A stretch of DNA of 64,000 nt. Origin: Octopus vulgaris. Lineage: Eukaryota. The first letter of the stretch is position 1; the number at the start of each line of letters is the position of its first letter. The position numbers and the translations under genes were made by a program. The notes below the pieces were generated by a model that saw only the letters and a program-made list of their open reading frames with translations, was not told where the DNA came from and ran no database searches. Of this stretch, positions 13,329 through 26,964 are shown piece after piece. The stretch lies in assembly GCA_951406725.2 (NCBI GenBank), contig OX597837.1, forward strand, positions 7,378,001 through 7,442,000, given 5' to 3'.

Positions 13329-14399
13329 TATATATATCACATGCATGTTGGTGTGTGTGTATATGTGTAAGCATATGTATATAACACAAAAGACTTGATA
13401 TATTATCAGTATTAAATATACAAATATACACACACATGTAGACAATATACATGTGTATATACATGTAGATATGAACGTAAGTAGTACAACAATATATCTA
13501 TAAAGACACACACACACATTCTATATATACGTATGAATATCATATATACACATCAAGTACACACACACACAGAGCATGTAACTATATATTCACACCACAT
13601 ACTCAATAGAATATCTGACTCGAAAAACACCACACACAATTATAAAGATACATATACATACACACACATATATATACATACACACATATGTACATACATT
13701 TATACACATGTATATATATATATATATATATAGTATGGGTTTGCTGCTTTGTTGTCACTAATCTCGTCTCTCTCTGCACCATTCTCAAGATGGTGGCTGC
13801 CGAAGCCGAGAGAGATGGTAGAGGAAGATGAAAAGATGAAGAACAAGTGGGCTACTGGAAAAATCTCTCCAAAGACTTTGGAATATAATAACATCATCCA
13901 CTATCTCTCAATCTCACTCCCTCTCTTACCACCAAACATATATATTCTATAGTAGCACCGTGCTAAAATGGTAATTTAGAACAACGAGGAAGGTGTTCTT
14001 TAAACGACAGAGAAATTACAGTTGGAATTTTTTTAGACATATTAAAACCTTACACTTTAAACACAGAAGACAAAAATATAGATCAAAATATACACGTATA
14101 TATGTATATATATATGTATGTATATATATATGTGTATATGTGGGGGTGACAAACCTTGTGATTCATGTGAGATCTCGGAGTCATAATAAAATGGAACGAA
14201 GGAATGGAATGGTTTAGAGAGCAGGATGAAAGACTGAGATGAACGAACGCTTGTGATGCCGATACAAAAGATCGAACTGGAAACACACACCGACAACAAA
14301 CGACACACAGACACGGTTAGACACACACACACACACACACACACACGTGTGTGTATCGTGTGTGTGTGTGTGTGTGTAATTAGTAATATAGTTATAAAT

Positions 14400-14404
14400 A
14401 TATA

Positions 14405-14477
<73 letters not shown>

Positions 14478-14482
14478 ATATG

Positions 14483-14516
<34 letters not shown>

Positions 14517-14738
14517 CACACACATATATATACACACATATATATACACATATATATCTACACATATATATATATATGCACATATATATATCTACACATA
14601 TATATATATGCACATATATATATCTACACATATATATATATCTACACATATATATATATATATATATGTATGTATATACATATATATGGTATATATGTAT
14701 CTAGATGCGCATATAAGTATGTACATTTTTGTGTGTGA

Positions 14739-14773
<35 letters not shown>

Positions 14774-14779
14774 CATGTG

Positions 14780-14817
<38 letters not shown>

Positions 14818-14830
14818 CACACACATATAC
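14400..14830. repeat. (TA)n-rich compound microsatellite
   Basis: Direct reading. Confidence 0.9.
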
Positions 14831-15606
14831 TTAAAGATTTGTGCTATTTATGCTGACTTTTTAGTATATAATCCTGCATTATACACACACGCGCACACAC
14901 ACATATATATATGCATATGTACATATATATCACATAGCTATGTATGTGTACACATATATACATGTGTTTATATCTATGTATATATACATATGTTAATATG
15001 TGTAAAACACACATGCATCAACACACACATATATACAGACACATACACATCGGCCTGCTGGCTGAAACAATGGGGTCACAGAACAATGACGTACACAAGA
15101 CCATGATGTAGTGGACAATGACCTCGGATGTCAGGAGTTCAAATCCAGCCAACAGCACAAAGATTGCTTCCGAGATACATAACTCCCCACTCTGCTCAGT
15201 TCATCTAGCTGTATAAGGGTACCACAAAGGTGGAGGCCACCCACCCCCTAAATTCACTTCGACACTAACACTTTTATGTTAATTAGTAAAACCCCGAGTT
15301 CAATTCTTGCTTATGCTGTTGCTGTTGTTGTATAGCCCAAGGTAAGCACAAATGGCTTTCCAGTGCCAACCCAGTTTGATCTAGTTTATTGCTCAGTGTA
15401 TCAGCTTTTAAAATAGTAGTGGAATTTGAAGGACATTTGGCTGCCATTTCAAGCAGGTCAAGCAACCATGTAGAGGATTTATCATTGGTTTCATTTCACA
15501 TTGTTGATGCTGTTGCTGTTTAGCAGTAGGTCAGCCCTGACCAAAAGCAATCCCACCATGACTGTCCTGTTGATTTTCTTATGTGCAAGAAAACCAGAAC
15601 CACATA

Positions 15607-16020
15607 GGTGCAGGAGTGGCTCAGTGGTAAGTAGCTTGCTTACGAACCACATGGTTCCGGGTTCAATCTTAATGCATGGCACCTTGGGCAAGTGTCTTCT
15701 ACTATAGCCTCGGGTTGACCAAAGCCTTGTAAACGGATTTGGTAGACGGAAACTGAAAGAAGCTCATCGTATATATGTGTATATATATATATGTGTATAT
15801 ATATATATATGTATGTGTGTCTGTGTTTGCCCCCATAACATTGCTTGACATCCAATGGTGGTGTGTTTACGTCCCCGTAACTTAGAGGTTCAGCAAAAGG
15901 GACCAATAGAATAAGTACTAGGCTTCCAAAGAATATGTCCTGGAGTCGATTTGCTCGACTAAAGATGGTGCTCCAGCATGGCCGCAGTCAAATGACTGAA
16001 ACAAGTAAAAGAGTAAAGAG
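15607..16020 (+). mobile_element. SINE family A, full length
   Basis: tRNA-like head ggtgcaggagtggctcagtgg...gggttcaatc, CORE-like ggcaccttgggcaagtgtcttc, internal (TA)n, tail gactgaaacaagtaaaagagtaaagag. Confidence 0.9.
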
Positions 16021-16555
16021 CATACAGCCAATGTGTCCTTCTCTGAGACAGTAAAGGTGAAAGGAGATTTGGCTGCTATTTCTATTTGAACAAACAATTA
16101 TAAATGTTCACCTCAGGCAAGGAAATTTCCAACAGAAGAATGCTCCCCATATTGAGGGCAGCCTGGGTTGGATTCCCAATCAAGTACAGTATCTACCTTG
16201 AGGGTAGCCTAGATTTCATTTACAGACAGCACATTCATACTTTGAAAGCTGCTTGGTGGGTAGGGTTAATTGAAAGCCAGTACCTGGCCTATTTTGTGAA
16301 CAACCTCGATCAATTTTGCAGCCTGTAACTCACATACCTTGGGAGCAACCTGGATTGAAGGGCAGCTTACCTAACTTCAGGGCAGCTAAGATCTCATTTA
16401 CAACAATTACAACCCCTTCCTTGAGCATAATCTGGGTTTATTTTACCATTAATATATAGGTTTCATTTTTGTTGATCTACATCAGGGATTCTCAACCATT
16501 TTTTATTCAGGGACCCCTTAAGTTACTATTCTGGTGGATTTCCATAGCCATTATA

Positions 16556-16714
16556 TTGGTGTTAGGAAGGGTTGGCATTAGGAAGAGCATCCAGCTGTAG
16601 AAACTCTGCTAGATCAGAATGGAGAGCCTGGTGCAGCCATCTGGTTCGCCAGTCCTCAGTCAAATCGTCCAACCCATGCTAGCATGGAAAGCGGACGTTA
16701 AACAACGATGATGA
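16556..16714 (+). mobile_element. SINE family C 3' part, (GAT)n tail
   Basis: ggttggcattaggaagagcatccagctgtagaaa...ccaacccatgctagcatggaaagcggacgttaaac..gatgatgat. Confidence 0.85.
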
Positions 16715-16877
16715 TTTGATGCTTAAAAACTGGTTTTATAAATTCTTCTTTCAAAATTCCTATTTTGTTTTTCACACATTAACTTTTGTAGGTTGAACTC
16801 TGTAAAATGTTAGAGAAAGAAATTCAGCTGTTTCTTGCAACGCAAATTAATGCATACACAGAAAGCAAAATTTTTTA

Positions 16878-17250
16878 GACGCAAGTGTGGCTGTGTGGTA
16901 AGAAGCTTCCTTCCGAACTGCATGGTTCCCGGGTTCAATCCCACTGCATGGCACCTTGGGCAAGTGTCTTCTACTATAGCCTTGGGCTGACCAAAGCATT
17001 GTGAGTGGATTTGGCAGGCAGAAACTGAAAAAGCCCGAAGTGTGTCTATATATATATATATTTGTGTGTGTCTGTGTTTGTCCCTCGACCATTGCTTAAC
17101 AACCAATGTTGGTGTGTTTATGTCCCCGGAACTTGGCACTCAGAACAAGTACTAGGCTTACAAAGAATAAGTCCTGGGGTCGATTTGTTCGACTAATGGC
17201 AGTGCTCCAGCATGGCCGCGGTCAAATGACTAAAACAAGTAAAAGACTAA
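16878..17250 (+). mobile_element. SINE family A, near full length
   Basis: Head, CORE-like block and tail all match the 15607 copy. Confidence 0.88.
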
Positions 17251-18136
17251 ATGATCCTTAAAATACCATTGTGAACCCTCAATTTACTTTTCTATTGTTT
17301 GGACCCCCAAAAATTTTATACGGACCCTCAGGAACCATATGGGGTCCAGTTGAGAACCACTGATCTACATCAAGGGCAGCCTGGGTTAAATTCACAACCA
17401 GCGTTTGGTAGGTTCTGATTTTTGTTGTGGGTCAGAATGATGATAATCATCACCCTAAAGACCCCAGCAATTTTTATATGTAACTAACGAAGCAAAAAAA
17501 AACTTGGCATGGGACAGATATTTCTTCAAAGTGTGGCATGAGATGATAATTGTTAAGAAATACTGGTATATACTGGAACTGTGGGAAAAATCAATGAAAT
17601 CTGAAAACATGTTATCATATATGCAACCATGTCATCTAATGTTTGTCTGTGGGGTATCATACACTGCTCCATGTTGTGTCGGTTTAGCATAGCTCTAAGC
17701 AGACCTGACAAGTAAAAACATTTAACCTTTTCGTGACTCCACTTCTGTTGAAATACACAGCATCTGTACTGCATTTGTTTTAATTAATTTTGAAAATAAT
17801 GACAAAATTTTAGTAAAATAACCTTGTCGTAATTATCATTACACTTGCGTTTGGAACATAAATTATCATGGAATTCCGAGAGGAGGTTTTAATCTAAATC
17901 ACTTTACTCTTTTTTGATTCCATATTTCTGTTGAAATACATGGCTTTGTCGAAGCCCATGAGGTCAAAACCTCCCTTTTAAGGTAGCTGGAGTACAATTA
18001 GAATCCAACACTGACAGGCGATGGAAAGAACTAAGATTGAAAGGAGGAACTTGGTAGATATGTGCTGATGGTGGTGAATACCGTACAAGAGGACTTGGAA
18101 GGTATGTTTTGATGGTTTACATTCAACAAGGAGTTG

Positions 18137-18314
18137 AGCGGCATTTCGTCTGCCGCTACGTTCTGAGTTCAAGTTCTACCGAGGTCGACTTTGCCTTTCA
18201 TCTTTTCGGGGTCGATTAAATAAGTACCAGTTATGCACTGGGGTCGACATAATCAATTTGTCTGTCTTTGTTTGTCCTCTCTGTGTTTAGCCCCTAGTGG
18301 GTAGCAAAGAAATA
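18137..18314 (+). mobile_element. SINE family B, 5'-truncated, tail type 1
   Basis: Aligns with the 3' three-quarters of 8145-8375. Confidence 0.85.
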
Positions 18315-18579
18315 AAAATAAGTATTTTATAGAAAAGAAAGTAAATTTTGAATGCAGTATCGCTGTGGAAACAGCAGAGAAAGATTGGGTATTTACCTTT
18401 ATACAATGAAAAAAGTTGCCAGCAGGTAGCTACAAGAGTCAAATCCCCTCAGATATCAGCTGAATACTCCATCATTAAGTTAAATGCCCCACTGACAACA
18501 AATACCATAAATTTTAATGCTAAATAATAGCTATTGGAATGCAACAAGATTTTATGAACTTTCACCACATTTCTTAGAA

Positions 18580-18810
18580 ATCGTGGTATAGGCCTTGGTC
18601 TTGAGACCACTCAAGTTTAGAAACTGAGGTTGGGGGTAAGCAGGGGCATGATCCCCATGGAAAATCCAGCTCCAAAAAAGGCTCATAATAGCAAGGGAGA
18701 ATGGGCACCAGCTGGCCCAAAGTTTGGGGGTGGGCTGAACCTGCCTACCTCAGTTGCTATGACATTGAGGTAGATCTGGCCACCCCTGTTAACGGGGACA
18801 AAACCTGGAT
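18580..18810 (+). repeat. Unclassified interspersed repeat; partial inverted copy at 7590-7648
   Basis: acctcagttgctatgacattgaggtagatctggccacccctgttaacggggacaa is approximately the reverse complement of 7590-7648. Confidence 0.6.
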
Positions 18811-19217
18811 TGAAACATTGGAAGCGTCAAATGTGTTTGACAGACAAGAAAGTAAGTTCCAAAAGCATCTTGTTCTTGGGTGCCTTAATAAAGTTGCGAC
18901 TTCTTAATCCTTTTCCTTCCTCCAGTTTTGAAAACTCCTCAAAAGGGTTATTAGAAGTGAAAAATCTTTGTCCTGTCACTAAGTCATAGAATAGAAAAAC
19001 CCCTCACAAACAAAAGGCCTATTACAACTACCTGCCTACCTACCTTCAGAAGATGCACTTGTTCCTTTGATCAAACAGACCTGTAAATTTATCTGCAAGT
19101 GATAATCCTGTTCTTGAGCAGTAGCTAAAAAAAGGCCACAGTCTCCAAGACCCAAAGGCCACAGTCTTCAAAGCCCTACTCTCAGGAGTCATCAAGACCC
19201 TACAATAAACTGTAGGA

Positions 19218-19463
19218 AGTGATGAGGAAGTGAAAACTGTAGTGAAGAAGTAGCTCAAAGAACAGTCAACAGAATTTTACAGGGCAGGGATATATGCTCT
19301 CATTCGAAGATGGAACATTGCTATTGAGAGAAACAGTGACTATGTTGAGCAGTAAGGATGTGATCCACAGAGGACCAGCTTCATTTTGATGTATGATACA
19401 TGTTCCTGTGTTGGTAATTACACCTGTCCTAAACAAAATGGCATTACTTGACTCACCCTTGTA
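19218..19463 (+). mobile_element. mariner transposase C-terminus and right end, pseudogenised
   Basis: SDEEVKTVVKK*LKEQSTEFYRAGIYALIRRWNIAIERNSDYVEQ* is a typical mariner C-terminus; ends ...gactcacccttgTA. Confidence 0.85.
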
Positions 19464-20741
19464 TTTACCTAAATATCATATTTTCTGATTTATATGGTGG
19501 TGACCCTGAGCAAGGTACGTAACTCTGTTTCTTTTAGTTTGCCTGACTGAACAACATAAAAAAAATTTTTATATATATAAAAAAAAAGCAAAAAGAAAAG
19601 GAAAGAGAAAGTTAGCTTTGCTTGCCCTACAATACTCCATGGATGAATGATTAACAGTAGAAAATATATCCAGTCATAAAAAAGCACCAATTGTTCTCAT
19701 AAATAAAACCATCCCATGCTAGTGTAGACAGAAAATAAAATCAATGTGAAACATAACAATAATAATGAAAGCAATGAAAATAATAGCTATGATTTCTAGC
19801 ATTGGCACGAGACCAGCAATTGTGAGACACAGTATAGTCAATTAAATAGATCAGAGTTCTTACTGTATTTTATTTATTAAATTTATGTTTGGGTGTTGGT
19901 GTACTATAATGCCATTCATTACAGTTTCCATTGGACCGATCATGTGTATGCAGCATTTTTGTTTTGAGAGCAAGAATAAGGGAGTGATTGTAACTTGCTG
20001 CAGAACAAATATCAGAAGGAACTTCATAAAAAAAAAAACATCGTTATTCCCACCAATGTTTATTATTCATTGCTGAAATACGTTCGTGAAACACACACAC
20101 TACATAATGAGCTTCCTACAGTTTCCATCAACCAAATTTATTCTTGAGGCATAGGTCAGCCCTTGGCCCAAAGCTGTAACATAGGACACTTCATCAGAGA
20201 GTAGCGCAGAGGGACAGAGCCCAAAACTACTACAGGACTGTGAAATAATCTGCACTACACCACCACAGGTGTGTGAGCACACCTTTGATGCAAGTCTGAT
20301 GGAGGGCCACTCTAATGTCTAAAACTGCAAAAATGAAGCAAATTTTCATTTTGAATTTTTTGCGCAAACTGGTGTTGCAAATAAAGTTGCTATGGAAACA
20401 ATTGTAACAAATCATAAAAGATGGGTTAAAGAAGTTTCTTCGTCTTGTTATCATTTCCATTCTTTTATTCTTCTTTTACTTGTTTCAGTCATATGACTGC
20501 GAGTAATGCCATAAAGGGTTTTAGTCGAAGAAATTAATTCCAGGACTTCTTTGTATGCTTTAATATTTATTCTATCAGTCTCTTTTGCCGATACACACAC
20601 ACACACAATGTACTGTTAGACAGTTGGTGGGATCAAGAGAAAAGATAGGATTTAAATGTGAGCAAATATAAGTTTCATGCCCTGATAGCACAATAGTCAA
20701 ACAATGATTATATGTATTCATACATATATATATTTACAACG

Positions 20742-20781
<40 letters not shown>

Positions 20782-21842
20782 TCAATGTACCACCAGCACT
20801 GGCATTCGAGTGTGACCAATGTCAGTGCTACCTGACTGGCACATAAAATGTCAGTTTGAGTGTGGCTGATGCCAGTGCCACCTAACTGGCACCCATACCA
20901 ATACCATATAAAAAGCACCCTCTGAATCTCAACCCTACAGCTGTTTCAACTTACATTAACTTTTATACATTCAATGGTGTTGGGAAGAGCATCCAGGCAT
21001 AGAAACCCAGCCAAAAATGAAACGCAATTGTGATGAGGATTTTCTCTAATCTGTCTAGCCAAGAATTATTCTTTTGATACATGTTTATTCTGACTGAGAT
21101 GACCAACATAATGAAAAACGGTCGTAAGCCTATGGATGAACTTTTGACTAAGGTGGAACAACTGCACTGTGCAGCGTGTCCCTCTTATTCTTGTGACACT
21201 TTAGTATGGAATGAGGTAGATCCTTTGACTGCTATTTCCAGTGGCTCGAAGTAGTACATAGAGTAAAGAGTCCCACCATCCCTTCTCGTGGTTTTATGAT
21301 GAGCTTTAGAGAGGAGGGGCGGATGAGATTGGGTCAGGGTGAACAAAGAAGAGGAAAATACTGAAGAAGAATAATTAGGGTATCCGAAAATTAGAGGGGG
21401 ATGAGGGGGTAGGAGGAAAGGGAGAGGAATAGGCGAGCCAGGGAGCAAGGGCATAGGAGAGAGAGAAAGAGAGCGTTTTTTTTGTATAAAACGAATGTAA
21501 CAACAACAACAGCAGCAGTAACTTAAGCAACAACACCAGCGACTGTCTGTGACCCCCATGGATGACAAAGAGCAGCAGAAGAGGAGGAGGAAGAGGAGGT
21601 GGAGGAGGAGGCGGAGGAGGAGCAGATAAAGAAAATTGGTAATGATAAGGTGATGGTGGTGGTGGTGGTGGTGGTGGTAGGAGGAGCAAGTGAGGAACAA
21701 GGGAGCCTGCACTGATGGTGGTGGTGGTGGTATTGATGGCAGGGGGGGTGCTGATTGTGTGAAGGAGAGAGGGGGAGAATAAAGGGATGGGGTTTTTTTT
21801 TCATTATATAAAATTAAGGATAATGACAATGGAACATGGAGT

Positions 21843-21963
21843 ACTAGTAGTAGTAGTAGTAGTAGTAGCAACAGCAGCAGTAATAGTAGTAGTAGCAACA
21901 GCAGCAGTAATAGTAGTAGTAGCAACAGCAGTAATAGTAGTAGCAGCAGCAGTAGTAGTAGTG

Positions 21964-21997
<34 letters not shown>

Positions 21998-22135
21998 CAA
22001 CAGCAGCAGTGGTAGTAGTAGTAGTAGTAGTGGTGGTGGTGGTAGTAGTAGTAGTAGTGGTGGTGGTGGTAGTAGTAGTAGTAGTGGTGGTGGTGGTAGT
22101 AGTAGTAGTAGTGGTGGTGGTGGTAGTAGTAGTTG
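21843..22135. repeat. (GTA)n/(GCA)n/(GTG)n trinucleotide array
   Basis: Direct reading; generates the poly-V and poly-L ORFs. Confidence 0.95.
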
Positions 22136-22251
22136 TACAAGAGATGGAAATTGTGAAAGCTGGTTTTATAAGTCAGAATATACCTAAACACACACACACG
22201 CACATATATATACACATGTATACACACGTGTGTGCATGCATACACATGCAC

Positions 22252-22285
<34 letters not shown>

Positions 22286-22419
22286 ATGTGTAGAGTAGGA
22301 TCCAAAGGAAGTGGCAAAGTTCTCCGCCGGCCAAATATACAGGCCACGAGGAAGAACGGAAGACTCAACATTTCCAGTAGAACTCTTCTTTGGAAAGAGA
22401 TAAAATAATTCTGTCTGTC

Positions 22420-22453
<34 letters not shown>

Positions 22454-22547
22454 ACTCTCTCCAACAAAATGATCAACTCAGAACTAGAAATTTCTTCTTT
22501 CTTCTCTTCATAACATAAAATGTATATTCCACTAATTCTAATTTGGC

Positions 22548-22657
22548 ACACACACACATATATATATATACATATATATATATACATATATATATATACA
22601 TATATATATATACATATATTTATACATATATATATATATATATACATATATTTATAC

Positions 22658-22688
<31 letters not shown>

Positions 22689-22697
22689 CATATATTT

Positions 22698-22734
<37 letters not shown>

Positions 22735-22771
22735 TTTATACATATATATATATATATACATATATTTATAC

Positions 22772-22802
<31 letters not shown>

Positions 22803-22845
22803 CATATATTTATACATATATATATATATATACATATATTTATAC

Positions 22846-22877
<32 letters not shown>

Positions 22878-22915
22878 GCATATATTTATACATATATATA
22901 TACACACACACACAT
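22548..22915. repeat. (TA)n-derived minisatellite (tacatatatttatacatata units)
   Basis: Direct reading. Confidence 0.9.
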
Positions 22916-23386
22916 GCTGGAACACCGCCTTTAGTCAAGCAAATCAACCCCTGGACTTATTCTTTGTAAGCCTAGTATTTATTCTATCGGTCTCTTTTGC
23001 TGAACCACTAAGTTATGGAGATGTAAACACACTAGCATTGGTTGTCAAGCAATGTTGGTGGTAGTAGTAGTAATGGTGGTGGTGGTGGTGGTGGGTGGTA
23101 AGAGTAGCAGTAACAGCAGTTGTTGTTGTTGCTGCTTAGCACCAGGTTCAGCTCCGCTGGATGCATTCCAGTTGTGGCCATCACCTCAATATCTATAGCT
23201 GCTAATTTTTTGGCAACTGCAGAGATGGGGAAAGAACTTTTACTTAAGGCCATAGGCAAGAGACAAAGAGAGACTGGGAGAGAGACTGGGAGAGAGAGAG
23301 AGTGTGTGTGTGTATGTGTGATTTGGCTGCTATTTCTAGCAAGCTTTTAGCAATGACTGACTAGATAACAAAATGGAGATAGATCA

Positions 23387-23585
23387 ATCATCATCGTTAC
23401 CACCATTTAAAGTCCGTTTCCCATGTTGGCATGGGTTGGACAGCTCCACAGGAAATGGCACCTGATTTCATAGTTTGTTTTGGCAATTTCTACAGCTGGA
23501 TGCCCTTCCTAAAGCCAACCACTTTCCAGAATGTATTTGGTGAGTTCTACATGGCACCATCATCAGTGCTTTTTATTTGGTACCT
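23387..23585 (-). mobile_element. SINE family C, diverged 3' part
   Basis: catgggttggacag...tctacagctggatgcccttcctaa. Confidence 0.75.
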
Positions 23586-23719
23586 TGGTTTTAGGATATC
23601 AATTCTGTAGTGATGGGCAAGGAAGTATTGAGAGGGAGGGATAAAAAATATATTTTTAATTAATAGAACTTAGGGTCTAGGTCTGTCAAGAAGGGTCACA
23701 AGACTTGTAAGAATGGTGC

Positions 23720-23948
23720 TTAACTTGGTTTCCCCCCAGTATAAAAGTGACTGAGATAACAATACTCCCACTACCCACTGGATGGGATGCTAGTCCATCA
23801 CAGGGTTAACTCCCCAGCTATGAACTGGAACAATGTGAAATGATGTGTTGCTGTCCAAGAAAGCAAATGCATCACCTAACCCAGGAATTGAAACCACGAT
23901 CCAATGATCTCGAGTGCAACACACTAAACACCAGACCACGTGACTCCT
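23720..23948 (-). mobile_element. SINE family D, diverged copy
   Basis: ctggatgggatgctagtccatcacaggg and ccaggaattgaaaccac match 25640-25895. Confidence 0.7.
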
Positions 23949-25343
23949 AAATTAATAAAACAAATATAAAAAAGATAGAAAAAAAAAACAAAAACAGCCT
24001 CCATCACATCTAAAGATAAACAAAAACACTAAAGGGTGGATTATTTTGGGGAAATGGGTATATGTTGCTTCTGCTGAGGATTTGAGGGGTGGGGCCAAAA
24101 TGAATAATGACAATAATTTATTTCTAATTTTGGCCCAAGGCCAGCAATAATAATTGGAAGTTGATTATATCGACACAGGTAATTGACTGGTACATTTTAA
24201 TATCAATCTCAAAAAGATGTAAGTCAAAGTCGGCCTAAGCAGGATTTGAACTCAGAATTTAAAAAGCAGGGAGAAATAATGTTATGCTTTTTGTCTGGCA
24301 TAATCCTGCTACCTGGCTGCCTTAATTTTAACAATATGAATGGTAAGAAGAATCAAGTGTTCTTCAAAGAGAAAGAATTATAAAAATAAGAGCAATTTTG
24401 GTGAGTTTTTTCTTTCTTTATAGATTGAAAATAGTAATCATAAAATAATAATAATAATAATAATAATTTAACAGTTAGTGCTGAGAGAGAAAGTGAGAAT
24501 GGAATGTGTTATTTTGTTGTTGTTGCTGCTGTATTGTAAATGTGAAAAATGAACTCTTTGAACTGTAAGACTAGGTGGTTAATGGAGAGTAAGTGGAGTG
24601 CAAGTGGTGAGAGAGGGGAGAGATGAGGGTGTAAGTAACAGTGAAATAGAGTGATGTAGAGGAGGGAAAGCAGGCGAGCAAGGTCAGGGTGAGTGGAAGA
24701 AAAATGAGAAACATGGGAGAAAAAGCAAGAAAGAAGATAAAGCATAAGGAGAGGTATGAGAAAGAGAGATGTAAGGATGGGATTACCAAAAGTGAAAGTA
24801 GAAACAGAGAGCTGGAAGAGGATGAAAATAAAGATGAAGTGCAGAGAAGAGAGAAATGATTTCAAGTTGAAATTACAGAAGTGGGGGGAAGGTGTTGAAG
24901 AGGGGAATTTTTTTTTCTTTAAATTTCAATTTTTGCTATTTTTTGTTTGTTTTTAAAATAACTATTTTCACAGACGAGCATTATATTAATTTCTTTTTTC
25001 TTCTTTTTTTTTTACTTTTAATAGAAATTAAAAACATAATTAAGGCGATTTCTCAGCCTCCCGTTGCCGCTGCCACATCATGAGAGAAGGTGAAGGTTCG
25101 CAGCTATAGTTAGTCATGCTGTTCTTGCTGTTGTGATCCTGCAAGAACTCTAATCAAAGAGATTCCAGTCAGGACAATAACGTTTTGATTTTTTTAATAT
25201 TTTTCTTTTTTTTTTTTTTTTCAGACCCAGCATACCTTAGACTACACAATGTAATGTGCTGATGTCATTTAGCCCTTGGTCAGTGATCCATGATCAAAAC
25301 CATTCCAAACATGCCTGCCATGCATTTTATATATTCTCATAAA

Positions 25344-25394
<51 letters not shown>

Positions 25395-25605
25395 GGCAGT
25401 GGACTGGCAGAAAACATTAGCACACAAAATACTCAGCAGCATTTTGTCTGTCTTGACATTCTGAGTTCAAATGCCACCAAGGTCAGCTTTGCCTTTCATC
25501 TATTTGGGGGTCAATGAGATAAAGTACCAGTAAAATACTGGGGTCAGTAGTATGGATTTACACTGTCTTGCCAAAATTGCTTGACTTGTGCAAAAATCAG
25601 AAAAC
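25395..25605 (+). mobile_element. SINE family B, diverged, next to an (ATT)n tract
   Basis: ctggcagaa..ttagcac, ttctgagttcaaat, tttgcctttcatc. Confidence 0.75.
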
Positions 25606-25639
25606 ATTTTTTTATTGTTATTCTTCTTATTATTATTAA

Positions 25640-25895
25640 TAAATAAACGCACCCTTTTAAAGTCTAACCTGGCTCATGGGCCCGGTTTCCTGGTTTCTGT
25701 AGTGTATGTGTTCCCCAGCTGGACGGGACGCCAGTCCATCGCAGTGTTACTCATTTTTGCCAGCTGAGTGGACTGGAGCAACGTGAAATGAAGTGTTTTG
25801 CTCAAGAACACAATGCGTCACCCGGTCCAGGAATCGAAACCACAATCTTATGATCATGATGCTGACATCCTAACCACTAAGCCACGCACCTCCAC
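25640..25895 (-). mobile_element. SINE family D: tRNA head, CORE-like block and V-domain-like block
   Basis: Minus strand gtggaggtgcgtggcttagtggttagg...gtttcgattcc...gttcttgagcaaaacacttc...ctgcgatggactggcgtcccgtccag; 11-bp TSD attattattaa at 25629-25639 and 25896-25906. Domain names are from recollection. Confidence 0.8.
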
Positions 25896-26194
25896 ATTAT
25901 TATTAAGAAAGTGAATTGCTAGCATGCCAGACAAAGTAATTAGTGACAACATTTCATTTGTCTTTACATTCTCTGTTCAAATCCTGCCACGGTTGACTTG
26001 GCCTTTCCTTTTCCTAGGGGTACTCTTCCTACAAAATTTCAGGCCTTGTGTTTATAGAAAGACTACTACTACTACTACCACTAATACTACCACTACTGGT
26101 ACTGATTGCAGGATATATTTTGTTTACAATTGCGTAGATGCATCATGGTACATTTTAGGGAATAACTTTCCCAAGAGATATAATTAAACTGAAG

Positions 26195-26490
26195 GGATTT
26201 TAGTAATTGCTTCAACTTAGTCTTATACCTAAGCAGGGGCCGTCCTTTACTGCAGAATCCCTCTACTTGATGACCATACAAAAGAATATCCAGAATGCGC
26301 TCATCTTGTATTTGAACACGTCCTGCCCATCTGCAATGAATTCTTAACAGCATGCCTTCGATATTGGAGATATCGCATTCTTCTAAAATTCAGACATCTG
26401 ATATCTTATTCTTGCCATTTTATGTTGCAGATATTGTGCAGACAGCACATATGAAAGGTTTCAAGTTTCTTTATACGTCTGTAGTAGCAA
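26195..26490 (-). mobile_element. RTE-clade LINE C-terminal remnant
   Basis: IEGMLLRIHCRWAGRVQIQDERILDILLYG...GRPLLRYKTKLKQLLK matches the RTE RWAGHV..M.D.R.PK.LLYG...GRP..R.KD.LK pattern. Confidence 0.85.
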
Positions 26491-26964
26491 GTCCATGCTT
26501 CAATCCCATAGAAAAGTGTGTAATCAAGAGACACATTTGTCCAATACAAGGCAAAATAAAAATCCAGTCCCCACCCCCTTGTGATTTCATAGCAAAATCC
26601 ATATCTGGATTCAAATTACAGTCAAGCATCCATCACAAATAGATGCAGCTTCTTCTATCTTTAATCCTTTCTTTTCTTTTAACCCTTTCATTACTGTATT
26701 TATTTTGAGATGCTCTGTGTTTCTTGCAATTGTCTTGAATACAACAAAGAATTTAGTAAAATGACTTAAGGCGTAGGAGTGGCTGTGTGGTAAGTAGCTT
26801 GCTTACCAACCACATGAGTCTGGGTTCGATTTTGACAAATGAGTGTTTGAAGGAAAAGGTTTAACCCTTTTGATACCAACCCAGCTGAAACCAGCTCTGG
26901 CTCTGTAGTACAAATGTCTTGTTTTCATAAGTTCTGAATTAAAATCTTAGTCACAATATATGTT

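Larger units (their letters stand above)
16483..17362. mobile_element. hAT (Charlie-type) non-autonomous element with two nested SINEs
   Basis: TIRs cagggattctcaac / gttgagaaccactg; perfect 8-bp TSD ATCTACAT at 16475-16482 and 17363-17370. Confidence 0.88.

Noticed and set aside
20386-20399. RFX X-box-like GTTGCTATGGAAAC
   Set aside because: Single motif among repeat fragments with no identifiable gene start nearby.
21185-22293. Poly-Leu and poly-Val ORFs resembling membrane proteins
   Set aside because: Arise from the (GTA/GCA/GTG)n array on both strands; no other coding signal.
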